Assembly (NCBI GenBank): GCA_024626585.2
Contig: JANKJI020000004.1
Location: 155,314,485-155,332,993, forward strand
Source: Ginkgo biloba
Taxonomy: Eukaryota; Plantae; Ginkgophyta
Reading direction: 5' to 3'
Length of the DNA stretch: 18,509 nt
Shown here: positions 1 through 8,593 of the stretch, in pieces
How the letters are laid out: every line of letters starts with the position of its first letter
How positions within the stretch are numbered: position 1 is the first letter of the stretch
The notes under the pieces: generated by a model
Seen by the model: only the letters and a program-made list of their open reading frames with translations
Told to the model about the DNA's origin: nothing
Databases searched by the model: none
Translations under genes and position numbers: made by a program

Positions 1-360
1 GAATAGTGGAACTAATCAAAGATATAAAAATAAGGGAGATAATATGATAATTAATGAGTGGAAGAAACATTTAAAAAGGAAAAATCTATTTTAATAAAGG
101 GTTGGCATTGATGAAGAAGGTATTAGAAGAAGGTTAATTTATACCAATTGTAAGATAGATGGGTGTTAAGAAGATACACCTTAATATCAATAAGGTATTC
201 TATTATCCCAAAGTGAACANNNNNNNNNNNNNNNNNNNNNNNNNNNNNNNNNNCCTATAAAAGGTGGAGATTATATTATTAATAAGAAAGTTACAATCAC
301 TAAATATCCCAAAGTGAAAGTGGGAGGAGATATCAATGGATTTTATCATAATTTTCCTAA
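1..360 (+). mobile_element. Degenerate Ty3/Gypsy (chromovirus-like) integrase: zinc-binding region and start of catalytic core
   Basis: Manual translation gives VLEEG*FIPIVR*MGVKKIHLNINKVFYYPK (~120-213; cf. ILEEAH..PY..HPG.TKMY.DLK..YWWP.M) and KVE...KLQSLNIPK*KWEEISMDFII (~261-350; cf. KAEHQ...LLQPL.IP.WKWEEISMDFITGLP). In-frame stops include TGG>TGA. Confidence 0.75.
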
Positions 361-639
361 GTTCTAATTAGCATAATATGAATTGATATTTTATTTTTTT
401 CCAATGGTTTTCTCTTTTTTCCACGGAATTGGTATTTTGGCCATAAAAAATTATAAATCCTTCCTTTATTATCTTTTGAATAATAACTTTACCCACACAA
501 NNNNNNNNNNTCTTTCCTATTGGTTGTTTCCATAGTTTAAGAATTTTGGTCATCTAATTTTTGGAGTGTGTTAATAAGCACTTGTCCTTATCCAAGACTT
601 TATAATAAAATCACACATGCATAGGAGTAAGTAAATTCA

Positions 640-1547
640 TCCCTTTGCATAAGGTAAAGAATTGATAGTTATGTTAAATTGACAAGTACAAATAAATAAT
701 TCAACATTCCATTATTTTAAAACATTCATTAGTAATATTTCCCACCTAGTCTAAATGGATTCATCTCTAAAGAATTAAGGTGAAGTGAATTTTTGTGATA
801 TATAGTAGTATTCATGACTCATTACCATGTCAAACCTAGTATAAAACATTCAATATTATATTAATAGTGAAAATGAATATGAGGTACAGTGTTAGTGCCA
901 ACAATACAAGTAATATTGGTGCCATCATTGCATTATAAAGCATCGTTCATACAGGACAACCAACCTTATTATTATAGATTTTGTTAAGAGTATCATCCTA
1001 AGGAAACATACCCAAATTTATTAAGGTTTAATGAGTTGACTATTCATTTAGCTGAAAAGGCTAAACCAACTACTTCCAATGCCCATACAATACTTGTAGC
1101 TAGTTAGAGTCAATCCAACCTAATAAATATTGAATGAAATAATGAGGAGGAAGTAATAGAAAATATTCTCATTCAAAATAGAATCAAGTCACAACAAGAT
1201 TAAGATAGAAGAAAAGTCCAACAAGATCAAGGAAAAGGTATAATTTGGGGTCAAACCTCCACTTTTGGGTCTCAGGTGACTAAATAAAATATACCATTTC
1301 AGTAGAGGGCATCTCAATTCATATTATTTAAAAATACACCCTCAACAAAGTATAACATAGTCAATGATCTTGCCAAGTACCCTTCCAGCATGATATTGTT
1401 GGATTCTCTTAAGACCCCTTCTTAAATGGAGAATTTAAAAGGAGCTTTGGTTGGAATCGCTAATCTAATGATAATGCTAATGCAAAACCAAGTCCTCTAG
1501 ATAACTTAGAACCTCCCTTTCTATATCTCTCTCTAGATACATGATTA
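640..1547 (+). mobile_element. Degenerate Ty3/Gypsy (non-chromoviral type) gag-protease junction relic
   Basis: KYNIVNDLAKYPSSMILLDSLKTPS*MENLKGAL from 1348 and a frameshifted PPF/YISL motif at ~1512-1533, which normally precedes the aspartic protease. Weaker upstream VTTR (~1188) and FCD..HD...C (~790-830) remnants. The left boundary is uncertain. Confidence 0.55.
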
Positions 1548-1647
1548 NNNNNNNNNNNNNNNNNNNNNNNNNNNNNNNNNNNNNNNNNNNNNNNNNNNNN
1601 NNNNNNNNNNNNNNNNNNNNNNNNNNNNNNNNNNNNNNNNNNNNNNN

Positions 1648-1672
1648 CCCCCCCCCCCCCCAAAAAAAAAAA
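1648..1672. repeat. Homopolymer run C14 followed by A11 at a contig edge
   Basis: Directly visible next to a 100-N gap. Confidence 0.9.
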
Positions 1673-2239
1673 GAGTGATCATGGAGAGATATGGCATCAA
1701 CGGTAGAGGAGAAGACATTCAAAGCAGGGAAGCAAGCCTAGAGAAGAAGATAAAAAAATGCACAAATTTACTATAACTTCAATGAATGCCACCAAAGAGC
1801 ATCCCCCCATTTCTCTGCCCTAATCCTACAAAACTCATGATTAACATATTAGTACATATTTGACAAGCTATTTTTTAAATATATTTACATATACAATTTA
1901 TTTATCATACTACTAAAATATTTGGCTCCATAGGCCAAAAAAAATATTAAAATAATGCTCAATCCAACAAAAAAATAAAATTTACAAACATTTCAAATAT
2001 GTCATTTGTAATTAAAAAAATTACATCCGACCAACTTGTGGCGTAATAAAAAATGGTGACACATTATTTGAAGACGAAAGGCGGAAACACACTAATAAAA
2101 TTAAAGAGGCTTTGATCATATTATATCCATCTAAAAACTTCAATGTATATAGACATTATATGCTTTTAATTTCTTTGTGTAAGATGTTGTTTGAAGGTTT
2201 TGTATGCGTAAGTGAAAATGATGATCATGAAGCAAGCAA

Positions 2240-2487
2240 ATGCATTTAGTACCAATGTTAGGATGCATTTAATACCAAATTTGGGCAAGTACTAATGTTG
2301 TAATGGTCATTTTATCTCAGATTTTTTAGTGTTAGGCCATCTGTAGATCCTAATTTCAAAACATGATAGATGGATAGTTGTTGCAGGTACTAATGTTATA
2401 ATGGTAGCAGTCATCACCAAGGCTATTTCATCTTAGGTTTTTGATTGCTTAGCCCATCTGCAAGTATTAAGTTCAAAACATGTTGAG
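2240..2487 (+). repeat. Imperfect local direct repeats (~23 bp pair and ~80-100 bp pair)
   Basis: atgcattt(ag/aa)taccaa occurs twice at ~2240-2280. The unit gtactaatgtt.taatggt...tt.atct.ag.ttttt...ttag.ccatctg...ttcaaaacatg occurs at ~2289-2370 and ~2387-2487. Confidence 0.75.
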
Positions 2488-2804
2488 TGTACAATAATAT
2501 TTTCTATTGGAAATCACCAACAAGATCAATTTTATTCTTTATGCATCCAAATTTAAATTATCACTCTATCATACAACTCTATGTAAAATGTATTATTTCT
2601 AGAAGGTTTTCCTTGAATTTATTTTGATTTAAAGAAGGGTAGATGACACTGAAAATTTTTANNNNNNNNNNNNNNNNNNNNNNNNNNNNNNNNNNNNNNN
2701 NNNNNNNNNNNNNNNNNNNNNNNNNNNNNNNNNNNNNNTAGATATTGCATGCTGCAAACTGTAAACTGAGTTGGACTGCCAATAAGAGAGTAAACGGTAC
2801 TTCA

Positions 2805-2966
2805 ATGGGAAGGAGAAGGTTCGAGCTTAATTGGATAGAAAACCGTGCGAAGTGCCAGTTTACCTTCAATAAATGTCAAAATGGTTTGTTAAAGAAAGCA
2901 TGGGAGCTTTTTATTCTCTACGATGCGAAAGTTGTTCTCATCATTTTCTCCTCAACCAACAAGATC
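2805..2966 (+). pseudogene. MADS-box (type II/MEF2-like) domain exon, degenerate, truncated by a gap
   Basis: ATG at 2805 gives [54 protein letters not shown]. This aligns without gaps to the consensus MGRGKIEIKRIEN...[38 protein letters not shown]. Near-invariant residues are replaced (RQ>CQ, KRR>KCQ, ELS>ELF, LCD>LYD). No stop is present in the visible part. Confidence 0.92.
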
Positions 2967-3821
2967 NNNNNNNNNNNNNNNNNNNNNNNNNNNNNNNNNN
3001 NNNNNNNNNNNNNNNNNNNNNNNNNNNNNNNNNNNNNNNNNNNNNNNNNNNNNNNNNNNNNNNNNNNNNNNNNNNNNNNNNNNNNNNNNNNNATATGTCT
3101 TAAACTAGCATGGTCTACAATTTTTTATTATTATTTCAGACCTAGAGATGCAATTGTACATAACATAATTTCTTCAAATGTTAAATGTAGTTCATGCAAA
3201 ACTATATGCTTTCAAGGAGAGTATAGGTTGTTGCTATGGTGTTTGGAAACACGGTGAAGTCATTTCTAAGGATAGAAATATTGTTCTCTATACACTGTAT
3301 ATGCTAATATCCCTGCGCAGATAGCATTATGCAACCTATTATGGAGACGCACGACCCCTAGCCAATTTTGTATTTAACAAATCATTTGGCATTTAAAACC
3401 TTTCTATATCTGAGTATACAACGTAGCCAATATCAAAGAGAGGTCTCGACCTGAGGATGAAGAGAGCCTTAGATTTACGGATATTGAAAAAAAGAAGTTG
3501 TATCTTAATTATTATACATATGATTCTATTATAAAATTTTATCTCCGTAGCATAAATAATAATAATAAATTCGCCTCCCCTAGACATGCCAGGGGAATGG
3601 AATGAAAAAGTGGAACTAGACTAAACGTAAAAGTGCTTTGGGTAGCCTCCACATTTAAATTTTTTTATAAATATCTAAAATGTCTGATGGATGACATAAT
3701 TGCCTTTGGAAGATATAATTATTTTATATTACTCTAAAGGGGGAATGGGACACGGAATGGGAGAAAATGGAAGAACACTGAGACGAGGGAAGGGGGACAT
3801 AATAGAAATAGAGGGACGGGA

Positions 3822-3855
3822 CTCGTGGCAATTATTTGCCACGGGTAAGGACTAG
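3822..3855 (+). mobile_element. Helitron 3' terminus (GC-rich hairpin plus CTAG)
   Basis: ctCGTGGCAA-ttat-TTGCCACGgg (3822-3845) forms a perfect 8-bp stem, extendable by G:T and C:G pairs. A 6-nt spacer follows, then CTAG (3852-3855) and the host T (3856). This is the canonical Helitron CTRR|T end. The 5' TC end is not identified with certainty. Confidence 0.8.
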
Positions 3856-3919
3856 TTAATCTCTAATTGTTTTGGATATTAATACATACGTGTAAGCTAT
3901 TATATAATTATTTTTATAA

Positions 3920-4190
3920 TGTTGTAGTTTATTTATTAATGTAATTAATTGACATAATGGTATAAATATGAAAAGCTAATATACATTTATTTTAATATTT
4001 ATTTAGTTTATTTATTAGCATCTTTTATTAATTGGCATATCCATACATATGCGACTTTTATACTTATTTGGTTTATTTATTAATATTTTTATTAATTGGC
4101 ATAGTAAAGCATATGTGATGAGCTAGCATATTTTTATTTCTACACTTTAAGTGTTTTATTTATTAACATCTTTTATTGATTAATGCATAA
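3920..4190 (+). repeat. AT-rich degenerate tandem repeat (~4 copies, ~65-85 bp spacing), probably TE-derived
   Basis: The core gtttatttatta(a/g)(c/t)at(c/t)ttttatt(a/g)att(gg)cata recurs near 3926, 4006, 4071 and 4153. Confidence 0.7.
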
Positions 4191-4312
4191 GAGGCAAGCT
4201 TTTGTGTGTGTGNNNNNNNNNNNNNNNNNNNNNNNNNNNNNNNNNNNNNNNNNNNNNNNNNNNNNNNNNNNNNNNNNNNNNNNNNNNNNNNNNNNNNNNN
4301 NNNNNNNNNNNN

Positions 4313-4520
4313 GGCAGCTACCCTTTCCCGGTAACAGGGGCCTCAATGAATTAGTGAGTTTACGTCTGGGTTATTGTTTTACTTATAAATCACGTTTTTC
4401 TTTGGCTTTGATTGTTTAATGGATGCCCTGGCTGTGCTAACATTTCTTTATTTATGTTTATGAAATGAGAACTAGGGTTTTGTAGCTCGAAGAAAAGAGA
4501 AAATTAGTGGGATGCTAACA
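4313..4520 (+). mobile_element. Probable 3' end of a Gypsy-type LTR
   Basis: The segment ends in GGGATGCTAACA, similar to the GGG..(T/A)ACA LTR terminus, and contains ctagggtttt and a ggcagctaccctttcc block of the kind I associate with LTRs. The other end is lost in the gap and no TSD can be tested. Confidence 0.4.
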
Positions 4521-5017
4521 TTCCTTTGTTAATTCTTCTCCATTCTGCAAAAAACTTGAGTCTTCTACACTTTGTGCTAGAACCTTTGTCCTTGATTCCA
4601 TAAGGTATGATATGGCATGTTGAATGACTTTGATGGATTTGCTAAAAGAAAAGGGGAAATTAGTGCAATCCACATCGTTACTTATTCTATGCAAGTACAC
4701 TCCGGACTTGTACACTTTGTACTAGATCGTATGTAATCTACTTCATTAGATGATATAGCAGATGATTTTTCTTTCCAAATGAAAATTGTTATCTCGTTCA
4801 AAGGGGCTGGAAAGATTCCATCTACTGACAAATATTGTTGGCTGCATCCCATGAGGTCTCTGTTCCGTTCTCATGGAGCAACGTGTTAGGATTCCACTCC
4901 TGGTGGTCAATGTACTGAATTGGGAATACAAACCCTTTATTACATATATTAATGAAATTTGTGTTTCCATTTTTCCCATGTAGGTATATTATGACCAAAC
5001 CTGCTTAATGAATGCAG

Positions 5018-5133
5018 GTATCAGGGCTGACCAAGAAGCTAAGGATCTGAAATCACGTGGTGCTACTGAAAGGGATTTGCTTATTGTGGGACCTGGAGTA
5101 CTTGGCCGATTAGTAGCTGAAAGCTGGTTACAG
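5018..5133 (+). CDS. Internal coding exon of an NAD(P)-binding Rossmann-fold protein (atypical SDR/YeeZ-like, resembling Arabidopsis At2g39080)
   Basis: Acceptor tgcAG| at 5017 and donor CAG|GT at 5134. The 116-nt exon is open and reads (G)IRADQEAKDLKSRGATERDLLIVGPGVLGRLVAESWLQ, with an intact GxGxxG dinucleotide-binding motif (VGPGVLG). Other exons were not found in the window. Confidence 0.85.
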
Positions 5134-6127
5134 GTTACTTGAAGCTTTCAAATATAGATCACCAACATAGCCGGTTCCTTGGTTTGACAGCTCGTTTTTC
5201 TTTCTAAGCTGATCAGCCAAATTGTATATAGATATATGACAAGTCTCAGGCACATATAATTTTTCTAACTGGGAAAATTTACAATTATGCTTCTAGATTA
5301 CATTTCTGTTGATGCTGATAAGTCCTAGATTATGCAGTTTACATTTTTGTTAGTATGTAGTTCATCTAAGTATTGCTGTCGTACTTTAGCAAGATGGAAA
5401 ATGGAGGATTACAAATCATCAAATTTTATGTACCACGCAGTTGTTCAAAACCACCTTTGGTGTTTGCAATGGTTGTGATTGGTCGATGGATTAGGGTGGT
5501 TTGAATTCATTCAACATTTTTCAGACTACAGTGGTTGCTCTTTGGTCTCATAAATTGGTTGAAACTTCGGCCAAATCTTCATTTCTGCAGTAATTCTAAT
5601 ATTTGTGTTCGACAAGAAACAAGTGGAGGTTGACTAGGTTGGAGCAGCAAAGTGGAGTAAATGTAATAGGGAAAATGGTAGAGGTCATCTCTGCCATAAA
5701 TGGCCAAGACAAACCTTTGTTTGAAGTGGTGCAGGTGCATATGGGGTCATGCAAGTGTAGAAAAATGCGCCCTTCATCTTTGAATTGTATATGATGTGTA
5801 TTTGGGAAGTTGGCAAAGTAGATGTAATCTTGTTCTTTTTGTATACTGTACGCCTTGTAATATAAATAAATAAAATGTTTTGAAAAAGCATAAGGCAGTT
5901 GCGACAATAACAATGAAATATGATTGCATTTGATTTAGCTGGATGCTTCCCAAATTTTACATTTTAAGGGTGCATAGTGTGTTTGAAGTCGTAAACACTC
6001 CATTGTTTTGTTTAGGACAGAAACAAANNNNNNNNNNNNNNNNNNNNNNNNNNNNNNNNNNNNNNNNNNNNNNNNNNNNNNNNNNNNNNNNNNNNNNNNN
6101 NNNNNNNNNNNNNNNNNNNNNNNNNNN

Positions 6128-6671
6128 TAAGCATATGTTATGCCTAATGGTGTGTACAATAATCCCTTATCCTACTTATAAATGCATGCATACATATAAT
6201 AGTTCATATCACCTAAGTAAAGCACATCCACTCAACTATACATGGATATGAGGAAAACCATCCAAGTCTTTCTATTATATTAGAATGCACATTACAATAG
6301 ATTACATCAAAGTACCATATACATAAAGCCATAAGCTACTACTAGCTAGCTACCTCTTGTCCTACAATGTCTATAAATACAATGTGCAAGCGGTTATATA
6401 ACTGCCGCAGAAGTTACAACCGATAGTCATGTCGGTGAGATCTGACAGAATCCTTGGTCGGTGTCAGTGGAGTGCCCTTGTCGATGTTGGTGAACCTTGT
6501 GGGAACCTTCTGCCGACATGAGTCGGTCATCCGACTCATGTTGGTGATTAACGAGTCCGTCGGTGTCTTCCTTCTTTCGCTGATGTCCGTCGCTGAGCCG
6601 CTTCGTCGGTGAATCACCCTGTCGATGTCGGTCTGTGCTTTGGCCGACCTGCGTCGGTTCCCCATCCAACA
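6128..6671 (-). mobile_element. Partial LTR (5' terminus TGTTGG at 6671 on the minus strand), apparently young
   Basis: A CpG-rich block ends sharply at ...ccatccaaCA (TGTTGG on the minus strand). Reading the minus strand, a GC-rich U3-like region is followed by TATATAA (~6400-6394) and a GGTTTTCCTCATATC motif (~6260-6246) like those in plant LTR R/U5 regions. The other terminus and TSD are not seen. Confidence 0.6.
6431..6658. promoter_or_regulatory. Homotypic cluster of DRE/CRT motifs (RCCGAC) in an LTR U3-like region
   Basis: GTCGGT (ACCGAC on the minus strand) at 6431, 6457, 6522, 6559, 6605, 6627 and 6653; GCCGAC at 6512 and 6643; TCCGAC at 6530. Motif presence is certain, but function is inferred. 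Confidence 0.55.
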
Positions 6672-6794
6672 GAGGCTCAAGCCATAATTTTGTATTCAGT
6701 TATCTACATTATGAAATTGTGATACCAACAATTTAACAATGTGACACCCATGGGACAAAATTTGCATTTGTGCTATATATTAATGGCAGAAGCC

Positions 6795-6915
6795 TTACAA
6801 ATAAGTTCGATATTGATTCAAAGCCATATCTATTGCATGTAAGATTGTGAACCACTGCCACACATTCTAAGAGAGTTTCTGTCTCATAAATCTAACATCA
6901 TGTCTTTATAGCATG
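6795..6915 (-). mobile_element. Possible PIF/Harbinger transposase relic (HTH region)
   Basis: The frameshifted minus-strand reading L*RHDVRFMRQ / ETLLECVAVVHNLTCNRYGFESISNLF loosely resembles L..QDT.FR.A.....VAV.L.RLA.G...SI..LFG. The match is weak. Confidence 0.3.
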
Positions 6916-7268
6916 TGTTAACAACTTGGAGCCAACGCTCATTAAGGGTAGGACCAACCTTTCATCACGACACAATACTCAAAATAATTGGCATTTACTG
7001 TGGTGGGAGTGCCAACAACTTGGCAATTAGCAAGTAGAGTGCAACATTTAACATGAAAGAGCGATGACCCTTGTTGCTAAATGAGGCACTCAAGCTAATG
7101 GTGATTATCAAGTTGGATGGATACATCACTCATATCTTTAGAGAATACCCTGGGCAATTGGGACCATGGACTTTGGTCAATGGCCAGTGTGTATCCTTTA
7201 AGCCACACCAGAAGATGGGAGCCTAATATTCTTGGGCCATGCATTTGAGCCTTGAGTTTGGTTGGCTC

Positions 7269-7307
7269 AAAATCAAAATCAAAATCAAAAAAAAAAAAAA
7301 AAAAAAA
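7269..7307 (+). repeat. (AAAATC)3 followed by A21
   Basis: Directly visible. It may be the poly(A) tail of a retroposed sequence. Confidence 0.9.
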
Positions 7308-8446
7308 GATAAGGTAGGGGTAGATGTAGAGGTATAGGTCATCACAATAACACAATATATAAACAACCACAAAATCAACAAAATCAAAACCAAGTAAATG
7401 ATGATTGGATACATCTCAAGCCAGGTTGTGACTATTGTAATGTTCATGGTTATATTAAAGATAAGTGTTATTAGGAAAAATCCTTAAGATATATGAAAAA
7501 TAACATCCTTACACCAAACTTGTCTTAAGAAGCCTTTCCATAGAATCCACCTTTACTAAATAATAATGAGCACATACATGAACCCCTAACTTTTAGTGTG
7601 CCTCCATCTACTACTAATAATTCCTTGATTTCTTGGATACTTGTACAATAAAGTAACCAAGTTCCTTCTCCCATCAATATGCCACCTCATATCAATCCAT
7701 CATCTTCTANNNNNNNNNNNNNNNNNNNNNNNNNNNNNNNNNNNNNNNNNNNNNNNNNNNNNNNNNNNNNNNNNNNNNNNNNNNNNNNNNNNNNNNNNNN
7801 NNNNNNNNNAATAATATTTTATGGATATTTATCCTCGAATTTACGTCTTCTTACTTCCAATTTGAAATATTGAATAAATTGCTTCGAACTTTTAAAGAGA
7901 GACGACTTTCAACTTATATAAGAATATTCTTAGTTTAATTTTATTTGAATGTTAATGTTTATATATTTGGTCGGTTTTGATTCTACACAATTGTTTCGTT
8001 TTGAACTATCACGGGGATGGATGAATTGGAGAAAAGTTAGGACCGCATTTTTGAAATTGTTCATTCCATCTGAAGATCAGATCCTCTTGAGGAGCACAGG
8101 AAGCTTCCTCAACAATAGCTCTATCAAAATCCTCTTTTTGTTGATTATAGGAGGTTGCGCGATAGAGAAAGATGCGACTATGGCTATCGTTGTAGCTAGG
8201 ACAGACGCAACTGTTCGTAGGTAATTGATTGAGTGAGGGTAGATGCAATTTTTCTTGGCAACACCGCATCAAATCCTTGATTTCAACAAAATTGTGTGGA
8301 GAGAAATTCAAGAACTAGGCAAATTGGGGCGAAAGAAGGCGCAAGGGGTGAAGGTACTCATTGGGCAAAATGTGCTCCCAAGCAATGACTAGTAGACTAA
8401 GTGAACATAGGAGAGAGGGATGAGGGCGATTGTTGTCTTGGTCCCT

Positions 8447-8593
8447 AAACCCATCTACTACATCTAATGATGAAACTGCAGTTTGCATTTGATGGTAATA
8501 TTGTTTGTATCTTTGATCCACCTCATACAACATGGCCGCAAGCTTTGCCTTTTTCATTTGAAGCTCATGTCTTTCTGCATGTGTCTACTCAGA
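8447..8593 (-). pseudogene. BEL1-like homeodomain (BELL/POX domain) fragment, intron-less, with an in-frame stop
   Basis: [48 protein letters not shown] matches the BELL-domain consensus [43 protein letters not shown] at 8587-8585 occupies the usual Leu position. Similarity stops abruptly after VVDGF and no convincing homeodomain follows. Confidence 0.9.

Noticed and set aside
205-319. Direct repeat tatcccaaagtgaa
   Set aside because: The copies fall in different integrase motifs (YPK and IPKW) and are best explained as convergence in decayed coding sequence.
2745-3257. 170-aa ORF as a complete protein
   Set aside because: It spans a 126-N gap. Only 2805-2966 is MADS-like, and the post-gap peptide resembles neither the I nor the K domain.
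3920-4190. CRISPR-like repeat-spacer array
   Set aside because: The units are degenerate, AT-rich and irregularly spaced, in a eukaryotic TE context with no cas genes.
3891-4520. Solo LTR from TGTAAGC to GCTAACA
   Set aside because: The ends lie on opposite sides of a 100-N spacer and the flanks (atacg / ttcct) are not a TSD.
6414-6680. Overlapping minus-strand ORFs (88 and 80 aa)
   Set aside because: They are a by-product of the GC-rich motif array and resemble no protein I recognise.
8348-8390. [13 protein letters not shown] as the BELL homeodomain motif AWLFEHFLHPYP
   Set aside because: The spacing is wrong, it is far too close to the POX domain, and the flanking WRPQRGLP and WFIN motifs are absent.
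2805-8593. A MADS + BELL + Rossmann gene cluster or single multi-capture element
   Set aside because: The three fragments lie on different pieces separated by 100-N spacers, on mixed strands and in different states of decay.
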